DNA of 64,000 bases from the human T2T-CHM13v2.0 reference genome, Homo sapiens. Shown one piece after another: positions 12,301-28,805 of this stretch. A program made the position numbers and the translations under genes. Under the pieces are notes generated by a model. It was not told the DNA's origin, searched no databases, and saw only the letters and a program-made list of their open reading frames with translations. Each line of letters starts with the position of its first letter. The stretch's first letter is position 1. The stretch lies in the NCBI RefSeq assembly GCF_009914755.1, contig NC_060930.1. The stretch is one strand, 5' to 3'.

Positions 12301-14323
12301 ATGCTCTACAGTACCCTTCACCCTGGCCTTGAGCTGATGCCTTCATTTCGAGCCTGGCCTTTGACCCTCACCTCACTCCCTTGGGGAGGCCCTGTGCCTG
12401 GCCTCTCTGAGTCTCAGCTTCTGCATCTGTAAAATGGGGGCCCAGTAGTCCTTGCTGGCCACCTCGTTGCCAGGGTGCAGGAGCTAATGGATTCATGAGC
12501 AGCTCTCCACAGCCCTGAGTGCCAGCATCCACGTGGAAGGGCGGCTGTTAGCTTGATTACAGGCGCCGCAGCAGCTTCCGGGAGGGGAAGTGTTTAATTG
12601 GGGGTTTTATTTCCAGCAGCAGGGTCTGGCTTAATGAAATATCCCTGGGCCTCCTGGCATGTGGCTGCCCTGCTGCCTCCCTGTGTTGACAAGCCTTGAG
12701 CCAAATCCCTGGCTGTGATTTACCAGCTCCTCCCAAGTCAGATAAAGCTGGGTTGATAAGTAGGGCTATGCCCTGACCCACCCCACCTCCAGCCAAGGTG
12801 GGCATCTGGGGATCATGGGCCCAGCCAGGAACCAGCCTGGCTTTTAATATTTGATGTTAATGAAGGGTAATTGACAGATGCACTTGCACAGGCTCACTGA
12901 GCGAGGGACACAGTGATCCTTTGACTCTGTGCTAGTAATGCACACATCTGTGCACACACCACCTCCCCACCCTCCCAACTGGCTCTGAACAGAGGGAGCA
13001 GGAATGGTGCAGCGGCCGGGGGTCCACACTGGCAAGGGGGCCTGCTGGGAGGAGACTGAATGTTGAGAAATCTGAGCCCAGAGGAAGGGCAGAGGAGAAT
13101 GACACATGCCACATTCTTTCCTATTAACAGCAAGTTTGGCTGCTAACTTGGGACCTCCGGAGGCAAAGAGCTGGCGGATTTTAGTCTTGACTCTGCTACT
13201 TTCTAGTTGATGATCTTAGGCAAGTTGTTTGGCTTCTCAGAGGCTCAGTTTCTTCATATGTACAATGGGACTAACTGTTCCTACCTTGAAAGGTGGTTCT
13301 AATGTCCAAAGGTGTCAGGTGTACAGTAGGTGTTCAAAAACTGATTCTGTGAAGGCACAGCCTATGGAAAGAGCAAGTAAGGAGCATGTTGTGAAGGAAT
13401 CTGCAACAAGGCAGTGCCTACTGTATGCCAGGCCCTGTGCCAGCTGTGGGAAGTGCATCTTACTAGCATCACACGGTTGCAGGCTGAGTCCTGGGTATGC
13501 GGGTCTTTAGATGGTTTGTGTGCCTGTGGTTCCATGGCTGTGTCTTCTTTTCTCTGGTCCCTCAACCTTCTTCCTTTCTCCCCATTTCCTCCCATCAAAG
13601 CAGGCTGCTAGTGCAGGCTCTGACACCATCTCATTCCGCATGGAGTCAGCTCAGGTCCCCATCACTGCTTTTGGGGGTATCTACAGGAGAACACTGATTT
13701 TGCCTCACGTCAGAAGACTTGGCCCCAGTGAAGAATCTCAGGCATCCATGCAGCAGATAAGAGAGGCATTTGTGGGCTTGAGAGGGGCCCTTCGCGTTGC
13801 TAAAATCAGACCACGTGCCTCCCCTTCTCTGCCGTTGGGGGTACACCTGATTTTGTTCATAAATGCGTTCGAAGGGTATTGGAACACCATCGTTCCCACT
13901 GCTGTCAGTTTCACCATTAGATTTTCAGGTTTTTGTTTTTCTCCCAGGTGAAGTATCTTTTAAAATGCAGGTTCTTCCAGAAGGAGTCATGCTGCAAGCT
14001 GACTTGCCCCACTGTGTTACCAGATAATTTCTGTGTCTTGAAGGGGGACCTGGTTCAGGGTTTGTTTGGGAAAGGAGCTGGGAAGGAGGAGAAGAAAGAG
14101 CAGGGAGGCTGTCCTGGTGTCTGGGATCAGGGTTAGGGGAGGGCAAGGTCCATTGGCAGGCCTTGCTGACAGTGCTGGAAGAGGCTGTCACCAGACTCTG
14201 CAGTAAAGTTGTCCCTGCCACATTTTTTGCTAGGGTGAAAACTAGAACTCCCAGACTAGATGGTTGCCCCTGTCCTGCACCCCTGAGGGTCAGGCCCTGG
14301 GGCTGCCACAGTCCCCATCGTGT

Positions 14324-14351
14324 ACACACACACACACACACACACAGACAC

Positions 14352-14394
<43 letters not shown>
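14324..14394. repeat. Interrupted (CA)n microsatellite
   Basis: Two CA runs separated by gacacata. Confidence 0.95.
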
Positions 14395-14396
<2 letters not shown>

Positions 14397-14433
14397 CACA
14401 TTAATGAAGCCTCTTCTCAGGAGACTCAGTTCT

Positions 14434-14736
14434 TTTTTTTTTTTTTTTTTTGAGGCAGAGTCTCACTCTGTCGCCTAGGCTGGAGTAGTTAGTGGCTTGA
14501 TCTTAACTCACTACAACCTCCTCCTCCCAAGTTCAAGTGATTTTCGTGCCTCAGCTTCCTGAGTAGCTGGGACTACAGGCGCACGCCACCATGCCTGGCT
14601 AATTTTTTGTATTTTTAGTAGAGATGGGGTTTCACCATGTTGCCCAGGCTGGTCTCGAACTCTTGAGCTCAGGCAATCCACCTGCCTCGGCCTCCCAGAG
14701 TGCTAGGATTACAGGCATGAGCCACCACACCCAGCC
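14434..14736 (-). mobile_element. Alu (older J/S type)
   Basis: Poly-T head, full dimer; TSD gagac(t/c)cagttct at 14421-33 and 14737-49. Confidence 0.95.
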
Positions 14737-16142
14737 GAGACCCAGTTCTGACTGCTGTCTCTCCACATGAACACTGAGCAGCCACTGCCCCCAGTGGGCC
14801 TCTGGTGCCTTCTCCATTCTCTGGCCTTCACTCCCTCCTTCCTCCCACAGCTGGGAAAACTGGTCTTTAAAATCTTCTAGTCTTTTAGAATGTTGAACTC
14901 TTTTAAAGTTTGTCCTGGCTGCAGCTTCTCTCCTTGGTCCCCCTGTTCTTCCTACAGGTCAATATCCCCCCACCCTCTCATTGTGCCCTTTTGTCCCAAG
15001 TTCATTGGCCCTGGTGTCAAACTTAAGTTCCCCTACAGAGAGGCCAGGAATGAACCATTTCCTCCTGGACGCAAGTAAGCAGTGGCCTCTATCAGCCTCA
15101 CATCAAACCTGAGGCCACAGGCCAGCCATCTCCCTGGTAGGTGGACATGGGGCATGGTGGGGGACAGCCTCTGCTGGGATGTGAATGGGCACAGGCAATG
15201 CCCCGCCTTGCCTCTGCAGGGCCTGTGTTTGATCTCTGTTAGTTTCCATCTATGCTCTTCCTTTCTCAGGTCTTTTTTGTTTTTTCTGTGTGAGTCTTGA
15301 TTCTCTGAAGACAGGGACGGTGCCACCATCCTCAGACAGGGGAGCTCCCTGAGGACGGGGGCTGGATCCCTTTCCTCTCTCCAAGGGCTATCTCCATTTC
15401 CAACCTATAATTAGAGTCTATGTGAAGGTAGGAGCTGGGTATTCCCTTTTTCTATGGGGGATCTCCAAAGGCCAAGGCTGCATACGACCATGAGGCCGTG
15501 TACTCCTTTTAGACCAGGGGGTCCTTGCAGGTAGGTCTGTGTCTCCTCCATCAGATTAGAACTTCTTATGGGCAGGGCTGTGTCTCTCTCTCTCTCAGAT
15601 CAGTGCTCTGTCTTCCTTCCCTTCTCTTGGGAACTCAGTGCCAACCTTGTTCCCAGGGTCTGCTCTCCCCAAGGAGTGTGGGAGGGAGGTGGGCACTGAG
15701 TCCTAAAAATCAGAAATAGCGAGTGACTGCGGGGCAGGCACGGCTGCTGCTGGTCGGTGCCAGACCTTGTCAGTAGTGTGATTTGAGGCTGGAGGCAGGG
15801 ACATGGAACTGAGCTAAACTCCTATCATCTCAAAGACATGAATTCATTAAACTGTGTCCTAGGGTTGCCGAGAGGCAGGGCTGAGGGTGGAGCTGAGGAG
15901 CCCCTGCCTTGGTGGCCCCCTGTCTTGTCCCTGGACCAACAGCGTATATGTCAGGGGAGGAAGGTCCAGGTGTGTGTGTGTGTGTTTGTGTGTAAAGAAG
16001 GGAAAAGGATGTCACTAACTCAGAGTAGTCCATTCTGGGGGAGCAGGGATAGCCCTCAGAATGGGGAGGAAGGGGGGCATCTTGCACTGGGCAGGCTGCC
16101 CTATTCTGGGCTGAGGCTCAGGGCCAGGTCTCCCCACCCCAG

Positions 16143-16261
16143 TGCCGCAGGGCCACGTGTACCGGTTCTGCACAGCTGAAGGCCTCTGGCTGCAGAAGGA
16201 CAACTCCAGCCTGCCCTGGAGGGACTTGTCGGAGTGCGAGGAGTCCAAGCGAGGGGAGAGA
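16143..16261 (+). CDS. GLP1R: GLP1R coding exon 4 (ECD C-terminal part)
   Basis: (V)[39 protein letters not shown]; ccccag acceptor, GTGAGT donor; 119 nt. Confidence 0.98.
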
Positions 16262-16628
16262 GTGAGTTGAGGCGGGGTTCTGAGCCAGGGAGCGGGGAGC
16301 CATGTCTTGGAGCACTTCACTGGAGCAAAGACCCTTGGCTTTGATGGGGGCATCTGTGGTCATTTCATCCATCTCCTTGCCTCTGGGGGCTTTGCACACC
16401 ATGCTTTCTGGACAAAGGTGGTGTGTATTCACCACTCTGGCCTTGGAACAGGGCCCAAGATATCCAAGAACCATCGCCGTAGGTTACGGTTATTCTCTTT
16501 CTTGGTCTTGGTATCCCCGGTGAGTCCTGACTTGGGGCCCCAGCTCTGTCTCTGTGCCATGGGAAGGAAGATTGTGGGAAGAGGGCCATGGGCTGCCCAT
16601 GTACACGTATGTCCCCCGTGTGCCACAG

Positions 16629-16735
16629 AGCTCCCCGGAGGAGCAGCTCCTGTTCCTCTACATCATCTACACGGTGGGCTACGCACTCTCCTTCTCTGCT
16701 CTGGTTATCGCCTCTGCGATCCTCCTCGGCTTCAG
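16629..16735 (+). CDS. GLP1R: GLP1R coding exon 5 (stalk, TM1)
   Basis: [35 protein letters not shown](R); cacag acceptor, GTAAGG donor; 107 nt. Confidence 0.98.
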
Positions 16736-18389
16736 GTAAGGTGGCCCGGATCCTGGGAGGGGGCTGCTTCATCCTAACTCCCCCAGATAGAGGAATGAAG
16801 CAGCCCAACACCAAATCAAAGCAACAGTGCAGCACATTCGTCCTTCTCTCCAGAGCTCTCTACAGGGCCCTGACCGTAGAATATGAGGTTGAAAACACAG
16901 GATATGATACTGTGTTCTTGGTCTAGTCTCCACGGTGTAAAAGTGTGCGTATGTACTGCAAAGAAGAAGAAAAATACCACGCAAGCACCACCAACCTCAA
17001 AACCTTAACCGTCGGTGATGGGATTACGGAAAATCCCAGGAGATCTTCTCCAATGAACATGTGTAACTTTAATAATCAAGAATTCAGTATGATTTTAGAA
17101 AAGATCTTGGGGATTAGAGATCTTCCTCCCTTTGGAGCTTTTCAGCCCCAGTGGAAAAGTTCCTCCTTAGATCTAACCTAGATGAGACGTTCCTTCCAAA
17201 CTAGGAGCTGGGAACAGAGTACCAGGTTCTTCCCACTCCTCTGCACTTGGAGAAGGGGGGCCAGGGGGACTGGGTTCAAAGAGGGAAGGGAATCTGAGAG
17301 AATGAGACCTCAGGACACCAGGCAGCAAGAGCAGGAGAGGTGGCATTCCCTCTCCTACCTTCAAAGCACCTGGCACAGTCCTGGGCACATGGTGCTCAAT
17401 AAATGCATTCACTCAATGAATATTCTCCTCTTTTATTATGAATTATTCCAGTGATTCAAAAATGCAATGACTGATACTATGATCACTCATGCACACACCA
17501 TCCAGCCTAAGAAATAACATGTCCCATAGTTACACTTCTCTGGGTAACCCTCTCTGATCCCATCCCTCTCCCTGCCCTACACCCATCAGAGGTAAGCCCT
17601 GAATGTGCCTCTTTTAATTCCGACACATTTCCTTGTACTTTTACCACATTTATGAGTAGCTATAGAAATATATAGCAAGGTTCTGTGTATTTTTAATAGT
17701 GTATTGAACATATTTGTCTTAGTCTTTTCCTGCTGCTATAGCAAAATACCTTAGACTGGGTAATTTCTAAATAACAGAAATATATTCTTCACAATTCTGA
17801 AGGCTGTGAAGTCCAAGATCAAGGCACCAGCAGATTCCATGTCTAGTAAGTTCTTGTCCTCTCTTTCCAAGATGGCACCTTCTCACTGTGTCCTCACATG
17901 GCAGAAGGGCAAATGGGTGAAAAGCTCTCACAAACACCCTCAGGTCTCTTATAAGGTACTAATCCCATTCGTGAGGGCAGAGCCTTCATCAACCTTATCA
18001 CCTAAAGGCTTCACCTTTTCATACTATTGCCTTGGGGACTAAGTTTCAACATGAATTTTGGAGTGACACAACATTCAAACCATAGCATTCTGCCCCTGGC
18101 CCCCCCAAATTCCTGTCCTCCTCACATACAAAATACATTCATTTAATCCCAATGGCTCCAAAGTCTTAATTCATCCTAGCATTAACTTTAAAGTCTAAGT
18201 CCAAAGTCTCATCTAAATATTATTTAAATCAGGTATGTGTGAGACTCAAGGGATGATTCCTCCTGAAGGAAATTTCTCTCTAGCTGTGAACTTATGAAAT
18301 CATTGAAGTTATGTGCTTCCAAAATGAAATGTTGTGGCAGGCATTCTCATTTCATAGGACAGACATTCTCATTTCAAAAGGGAGCAATA

Positions 18390-18510
18390 GGTCTGCATGT
18401 GGTGGCTCATGCCTATAATCCTAGCTAATTGAGAGGCGAAAGTGGGAAGCCTGCTTGAGGCCAGAGATTGGAGACCAGCCTGACCGATGTACGAGACCAT
18501 TAAATAAATA
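18390..18510 (+). mobile_element. FLAM / Alu left monomer inside the MaLR
   Basis: gtggtggctcatgcctataatcc...cttgaggccag...gagaccagcctg, followed by an A-rich tail. Confidence 0.75.
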
Positions 18511-19783
18511 CAATTGTTTATTTTTTTATCTGGAAAAAAATAAAGAATTAAAATTCAAATAAAAAAAGAGAGAAATAGGAAGGAAGAAAGGGGTAACTGG
18601 TCCCAAGTAAATCCAGACTTAATGGGACAAACAACATTAAATCTTAAAGCTTGAGAATAATCTTCTTTGACTCAGTGTCCTGCCTTCCTGATATGGAGGT
18701 GGGAGTTGGGTCCCCAAGTCTCCCCAAAGCCCCACTCGCACAGCTTTGCTGGGTTCAGCTCATGTGGCAGCTCTCACAGGCTGGAGTTGTGTGCTGGTGG
18801 CTCTACCAGTCTGGGGTCTTGGAGGAGAATCTTGCCCCCCGTGACTCTGCTAGTCATTGCCCTAGTCAGGACTCTCTGTAGCGGCCCCGCACCTGTGCCT
18901 TAACTACTATAGATTTATTAGAAACCTCCACTCTGCCTGGGCCCTGAGGCTCTCCAGGATATCCTTTGAAATCTAGGTCTTCCTGGATTTCAAAGAAGTA
19001 GCTATGTTCCCTACAGCTCGTGCACTCTGTGTGTCTGTAGAGTTAGCACCACGTGAACACTGCCGAGGTTTACTGCTACGTCCTCCAGAGGGACGGCCTG
19101 AGTTATACCTGGGCCCACTTGAGCCACAGCTAGGGTAGCCAAGGAGCACTGCACCCAAGTGTAGGGAGCAGAGACAGGAGGTGGCCCTGGGCAGTGACTT
19201 CCAATGCCTCACAGTGTCCTGGGCTCCTCCCCCAAAACTGTTCTGCTCTCAAGACCCTGACATCTGGACCTGAAAGATCTCTGAAGTGCATTCAGGGTCA
19301 TTCTTCCATTTTCTACCCATACTAATTTTATTAAATGTTCACTTGGCCACACCCTTGGTATTGTCTCCTGAACATGCTTTTGCATTCTTTACAATATGGT
19401 CAGACTGAAAATTTTCCAAATCTTTAAGTTCTCCTTCTCTTTTGATTATAAATTTCATCTTTCATTTCTCTCTTCTCATATTTTGCTATTAGCAGTCAAG
19501 GGCAGCCATGCTGTACCCTCAATACTTTGCTTAGAGATTTCTTCCACCAAATATTCTATTTCATTGCTCATAAGTCTTTGCTCCCATGAAACACTTGGAC
19601 ATAGACACAATTCAGCCAAGTTATTTGCCACTTTGTAACAAAAAGATGGCATTTCCTCTGGTCTCCAATGCCATGCTCCTCATTTCTATCTCAGACCTCA
19701 TCAGAATGGCCTTTACTGTTCATATTTCTACCATTATTATGTTCACAACCACTTAGATAATCTCTGTGAAGATTGAAATTTTT

Positions 19784-20220
<437 letters not shown>

Positions 20221-20669
20221 TTACATGACTCCCCACTCTCGGTACCAATTTCTATCTTAGTCTGTGCCTGCTGTTATAACAAAATACCTTAGACTGGGTA
20301 ATTTTTGAAAAATAGAAATTTATTTCTCATAATTTAGAGGGTGGGAAGCCCAAGATCAAGGCACCAGTGGGTTTGATGTCTAGTAAGGGCTTGCTCTCTG
20401 CTTCTGAGATGGTGTCTTCTCACTGTGTCCTCACATGATGGGGAAGGAGTGAACACTATGCCCTCACATCACAGAAGGCAAAAGGGCAAAAAGGGCTCAC
20501 AAACTCACTTAGGCCTCTTTTATAAGGACACTAATCCCATTCTTGAGAGCAGAGCCCTCATGATCTAATCATCTTCTGGAGGCTTCACCTCTTAATACTA
20601 TCATTGCGTTAAGGATTAAGTTTTATCATGAATTTTGGAGGAACACAACATTCAAATCATAGAAATATT

Positions 20670-22880
<2,211 letters not shown>

Positions 22881-23284
22881 ATTCCTACCAAGTGCCTAGT
22901 CCTGCTCTGCCTCTGTGAGGCATTTAGGATGTGGGCCCTGTCAACAAGAAGCAGTGTTCCCACTGGGGAAACTGATCCTCATGCATAAATCTCTTTGGTT
23001 ATGCAAGACTTTGTGTCAAAGAAGATGCTGCAGAGAGAAGGATAGAATGTGGATGGGAGGAGGGGGCAGTGACTACATAGCGGAAGCCTTCATGGAGAGG
23101 CAGGATTTGAGTTGGACAGAAGGATTTTCACGATGATGAGGAAGAAGGGTATTCATAGAAGAAGACACACGCACAGTCCCAGGGCTGGAAACATGCCTAA
23201 TGTGTGTGTTAGCTTGAGAGCCTGGGGTTGTAGAGCAGAACTGTTGGCTGCCTTGCCAGGGAAAGGCCCTGCTTTCTCCCTCAG

Positions 23285-23438
23285 ACACCTGCACTGCACC
23301 CGGAACTACATCCACCTGAACCTGTTTGCATCCTTCATCCTGCGAGCATTGTCCGTCTTCATCAAGGACGCAGCCCTGAAGTGGATGTATAGCACAGCCG
23401 CCCAGCAGCACCAGTGGGATGGGCTCCTCTCCTACCAG
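23285..23438 (+). CDS. GLP1R: GLP1R coding exon 6 (ICL1, TM2, ECL1)
   Basis: [51 protein letters not shown]; ctcag acceptor, GTGTGT donor; 154 nt. Confidence 0.98.
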
Positions 23439-24032
23439 GTGTGTGGTGCATCCAGGACCGCCTCAGGAGGGATGGGCGGTTGGAGGAGGCCTGCCTCTGC
23501 CACCCTAGACAGGCCTGGGACAGGAGAAGACAAGAGCCGAACAGTCCTGGCCCTTCGGGAGCCCCCAGTCTGATGGGAGAGGCAGTTCGCCTTGGGACCC
23601 TCCAGTCTGCTGAGAGAGGCAGTCTACCTTGGGGAGCTCCCAATCTAAGGGAGGAGACACTGCCCTAGGGAATTCTCAGTCTGACACAAAAGAGTAGTCT
23701 TTGGAGACACACTTGAGTTTGAATGTCAGCTCTGTCACTTACTATCTGTACACTTTTAGGCAAGTCACTTACTTCTCTGAGGCTGAGAAATAGGTGAGAA
23801 GTCACTTACTTCTCACCTGCAGGGGGATACATTACTTTCTTCCAATCAGGATAGTGAGGATTCAATGAGCTAAAGCAGATAAAGTCCTTAGCACTAGCCC
23901 TAGCCAGAGATGTGAGCTCTCTCCTCCTGCATTAACCATGGCAGGATAGTGGCTGGAGCAGGACGGGGAGTGGTATCAAGAGAGGCAGAGGGCAGAGCTG
24001 TTGTCCCCATGACACCCTTCCTCTACCCCCAG

Positions 24033-24192
24033 GACTCTCTGAGCTGCCGCCTGGTGTTTCTGCTCATGCAGTACTGTGTGGCGGCCAATTACTACTGGCT
24101 CTTGGTGGAGGGCGTGTACCTGTACACACTGCTGGCCTTCTCGGTCTTCTCTGAGCAATGGATCTTCAGGCTCTACGTGAGCATAGGCTGGG
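24033..24192 (+). CDS. GLP1R: GLP1R coding exon 7 (TM3, ICL2, start of TM4)
   Basis: [53 protein letters not shown](G); ccccag acceptor, GTAAGA donor; 160 nt. Confidence 0.98.
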
Positions 24193-27100
24193 GTAAGAAC
24201 CGCCATCACCCACCCTGGACCTGTGGCACGGGGGTGGGAGACCTTGACCCCTCTTCTAACATGGTACTTGGAACGCACTGCTGAGCAAGGGGCAAGGCCC
24301 ACTGGGTAACCCTCTTCCTGGGCACAGGACCTTCTGCCCCGGTGCTGTTAAGATGCCGTAGGGGGTTATGGTCCTCCCCTCCTCTGCATAACTCTCCTCC
24401 CTTAATGGAAGCCTCCACCGCATGTGGCCAAACACCACCCTCTACCACTATCATGCACACCACTGGAGGTCGTGGCACTGTTCTCTTAAGACCACATGGG
24501 GACATAAGTTCACACCCAGTCCCGGGCAGCCCGAGGGCCTGAGGGAAATGGTGAGTCCTGGGCCTCAAGGTGGGGAGGGGATCAAGAGGGTAGGGGGCTG
24601 GCTGGGGGGAGCCTGCTGGTGCTCTGTCACATGACGATGAAGAGGAGGGCTCAGAGGAGAGCCAAGTACAGTGGGGCAGGGGGGCCAGAGGCCAGCCAAG
24701 GAAAGGGTGGACGGCGGATGTGCCTGGAGCCCAGCTGGAAATGTTCTAGCCAAAAAAGTTTGCCAAGAACCATTGTGTCTTTTTTTTTGCTGGAACATTT
24801 CTGGTTGTGCTTCTGCCTCTCACCACGTGGGATTGTAATGAGGGGCAGCATTGGGGTTGGGAAGGGGGCTGGGATCCCCTTCACCCCTGGGAAAACATGC
24901 AACAGGCCTTTCTGGAGGGACCCACGGTACCCAGAGAATAGGCCCTGCCCTCTGTCCTCCCTAATCTGCCATTGAATCCACGAGTTTTCCTGTTCCACAC
25001 CATCCCCCGCCCTGCTTGCCACTCCTTCATTCACTCCTCCTTCCTTCATGCGCCCACCTCACGCTGCTCTGACCACGGCTGCCCCTGCCACGGACCTCCG
25101 GGGACTTTCCAGCTCAGTCACATCCAGACTCCTCTTCCCTGACAATGGTCCTGTCCCTGAGCCTTTGCAAGGCTGTTCTCCATGCAGGAATGTTCAGGGA
25201 GCATCCTTCCCACACCAGGGTGTCCGCTGCCTCTTCAGGAAGCTGCCTCAGGCCACCAGTCCTCGTGGTTCTGTGCTCTCTGCCCTCTCAAGCTCTCCAT
25301 CCCCTGTCCTTGCACTTCATTTATTTTTACTGGTGTTCCTCAGCCATTTTTCTCTATACAGCTCCCCCCACCCCCCAGGAGAAGAGTAGCCTGAGAGATT
25401 TTAATGTGACCAGTGTCTTGAGGACACCAAGGCCCAGAGCTGGCAGGGCCTTACAGGCAGAGCAGGCCCTGGAACCCAGGCCTCCTGACTCCCAGGCTCT
25501 GGGCCTGCGGCCATCATGCCCTGTTCTCTTGCCTGGGCTGCATCCCTTCAGTCCCCTGCAGCACCCCTGAGCAGGCTCAGGCCTCTGCACAGGTGGGCAG
25601 GTAGGCCTGGCTCCTGCTCACAGATCCCTGCTCCTCACCTGCCTCCTCCACTCCCAGAACCCAGTCCCTTCCTTGGCCTTTTCTCCCCGAGGCTTCTTCC
25701 TCCTGCTAGAGCAGGAGGAGGGAGGCCATCGAGGGCAGCTCAGGGAAGGCTGTCTTCAGGGTGGGGGACGGTGTCTGTCCATTCTAGGAAATAGCATCAG
25801 CGCTGTTAGTGCCTGTCACCATGGTGACCCGAGGGCAGGAACAATCAAGGGACGTGTGTGATGTGTGCAGAGGAGCGGGGGTGGCTGGAGTTTGGTGGGG
25901 ACACACTGCCCTAGAGGTCTCTGAGTGGGAGATGGGGGAGGGAGTGCCAAGTCCTTTTCCTACCACCTCACACCCTAGCTCAGGGCTCGGGGTCTGTGGG
26001 AGCACAAGGGCAAGACCCGGAGGACACCCTGCTCTAATCAGAACACCTTTTTCTTGAGGATTGGGGTGGGGGAGACGGAGAGAGATTCACAGGTTGCTAG
26101 GAGCTCAGACGTGATGCCAGGAGGCCTTGCCCAAGCTGGGATACTTGGGAAACAACTTTCAGCTTCATGTGCAAGTGGAAGAATTAAAATTAGGACTCTG
26201 ACACAGTTGGAGAGGTCCCCCAAAGGGCATGGCAGCTTCTGCTGCAGTCCCCAGGCAGTTGGGGGCCTGTAGAAACCCACATGGAGGCTGTGCAAGAGGG
26301 AGGCAAATGATGGTTGAGGGAATCATTACTTCCTGGAGCCAGTTGTGTGTGTCTTAATTTGAGCTTTTTTCTCCAACCTGTCTTGCTCGTTTTCTAAATG
26401 GGAGAAAGATGAAGCCAGCAGGGAGTGCGTAATGTTTGCATGCAGCAGGGCTTTCGTGACTGTGTTTTTTGAAAAGGCCTTGTTAAGGAAATGCTGACGA
26501 TGAGTGAAACTTGCCAGGTCTGGCTGATAACATGGGTGAGTGCCCTGATCCTGGAAGGAGGTCTCAGAGAGAAGGGACAGCAGGGGGCGAGGGATACCCA
26601 GAAGGAAGCTTCTGCATGTGTACGTGGTTCAGGAAATCGGCATGCTCTTGCCCAGACAATGTTCCTTCCCTTATTGGTGTGTTGACTCACCCATCATTCG
26701 TTCCATTCTCACTGGGCATCTTCTATGTGGCAGGGCCTGTACCATGTGCTGGGGCCTTTGGAGACCATCCCATTCCTTGTCCAGTCTCATAAAGGCCTGT
26801 TACTAAAGCACCGTAGATGCTGAGAGGTCCGATTTGTGTAGAAATCAATGGGCCAGGAGAGAGAGAGCTGATGAAGAATGCTGGTCCGCTGGGGGCTCCT
26901 TTGCCTCCTCCATCTCTCCCTGCATCATCAGGCACAGTAGATCTGGGCACACAACCTGCTTAGTAGCTGCTGTTGAGTGGACACTGATGTGCTAAAGACA
27001 TAGACAATGGTGACAGGAAAGGCTATGAAGTGGTTCTGTCCTGGAAATGTGCTCCAGGCAGAGATTCCCAAAGTCATACGTGCACACTCATGGTCCACCC

Positions 27101-27446
27101 ACCACACCCTCACACACACATGTCTACATACCTTAATATGCACATGCTTACCTATCTCAGACACATCTCCAACACTGAGGGAGGGGCCAACGGAGACGAG
27201 CATGCAGACAGCCAGTGCAGAAGGCCATTGAGGGCGGTGGGAGTGGGTATGGGATTGCAGCCCTGAATTCGAGCCCCACCTGTGCCCTTCTGAGTCCCTG
27301 ATCCATCTCCTCATATGTCATGTGAGGAAGGAAAATCCAATTTTAAATCAACCAACACAGACCCTGAGCTCTCAGGGTGATCTGGGCATTGAGGCTCTGA
27401 AGGTGAGTGAGGCCCAGGCTCTACCCTCAAGGAACTGGGAACCAGT

Positions 27447-28125
27447 TGTATTAATTCTCTATTGCTGCAGAACGATTAACCCTGAAACTTAGCTACTTAA
27501 AACAACGAACCATTGTTATCTCACAGTTCCTGTGGCCTGCAATCTCGGTTCAACTTAGCTGGGTACCTTGTGGCTCAGGATCTCACAGAGAAAACTCTTT
27601 AGGCAAGAGCATGTGGATTTCCTGAATCACATACACATATAGAAACTTCCTTCTTGGGCATCCCCCACCCCCTGCTGTCCCTTCTCTCTGAGACCTCCTT
27701 CTAGGATCAGGGCACTCTCAGAGAAGCAGCCAGCTGTCACCAGGGTTGCTGTCATCTCAAGGCTTAACTGGGGATGGAGAATCTACTTCCAAGCTCATTC
27801 AAGAGGCAGTTGGCAGGAAGCCGCAGTTGCTGGCCAAAGGCTGGAGGCCTCCATTTCTTGCTGCAGAGACCTCCATCTAGGCCTTCTGAGTTCTCTCAGC
27901 ACATGGCAACTGGTTTCCCCCAGAGCAAGTGATCAGAGAAAGAGAAAGAGAATGCAAAACAAGCCACAGTGTCTTTTATAACAATCAGAAGTGACATGCC
28001 ATCACTTCTGCCAGAGGTTCCTGGGTCACATGAAACAATGCTGATACAACGTGGACTAACTACCCAAGGGTATGAGCACAGGAGGTGGGGATCCCTAGGG
28101 GCCATCTTAGAGGCTGTCTACTACA
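27447..28125 (-). mobile_element. MLT1-type solo LTR
   Basis: tgtattaattctctattgctgc..aaacttag..ttaaaacaac..tctcacagttc and a terminal ggggccatcttagaggctgtctactaca. Confidence 0.7.
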
Positions 28126-28744
28126 CAAGTCAAGTCTCAGCCGAGTGGAAAGTAGTATTGTTGTAGCTGTTGTTATTGTAGGCCACTGCGGACAGTTAGT
28201 TGGTCAGCTGGCATCAAGGACTGGGCTCCTGTCTCCATTCCAGGATTCTGCCGAGCCCTCTTGAAGGTGCACAGTGGTAGGGAAGAGATGACTGAAAGGA
28301 CATCCAGTGCCTTTAGGAGTTGACTGGCAACGTGGGCTGAAGCAAGAGAGAAAATGGGCATCAGAGGGTTCGCCTGCTCCTTGCCTCATCCGTCATGCTG
28401 TCCCCACCGCATGGCCCAGTCCCGCTGCTGTTTGTGTGTCTGTGGCCTGGTAACTTAGCCGGGACTCTGAGGGCAAGTCCTGACAGTGTGCCTGGCACAC
28501 AGGAGGTGGGGGACTGATGACTGATGAGGACCTCTCTGTAAGGAAGAGTCTGGGGGTCCGCATGGGGCTCCTGCTGCCTCTGTTCTCCCAGGTGCCCAGA
28601 AAAAAACTAGAAAACATAGTTGGAGGCCAGGCAAGGAGAGGGGCTGGAAGTGTGAGGGGCTTGGGGCAGGGAGAGGCCTCGGCATGTAGACTGTGGCTCT
28701 GGCCTGCCAGCCCCTCTCCCCTTCTGTCTTTCCCTCTCTCTTAG

Positions 28745-28805
28745 GTGTTCCCCTGCTGTTTGTTGTCCCCTGGGGCATTGTCAAGTACCTCTATGAGGAC
28801 GAGGG
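28745..28805 (+). CDS. GLP1R: GLP1R coding exon 8 (TM4, ECL2)
   Basis: (G)[19 protein letters not shown](G); polypyrimidine tract + ttag acceptor, GTGAGT donor; 61 nt. Confidence 0.97.
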
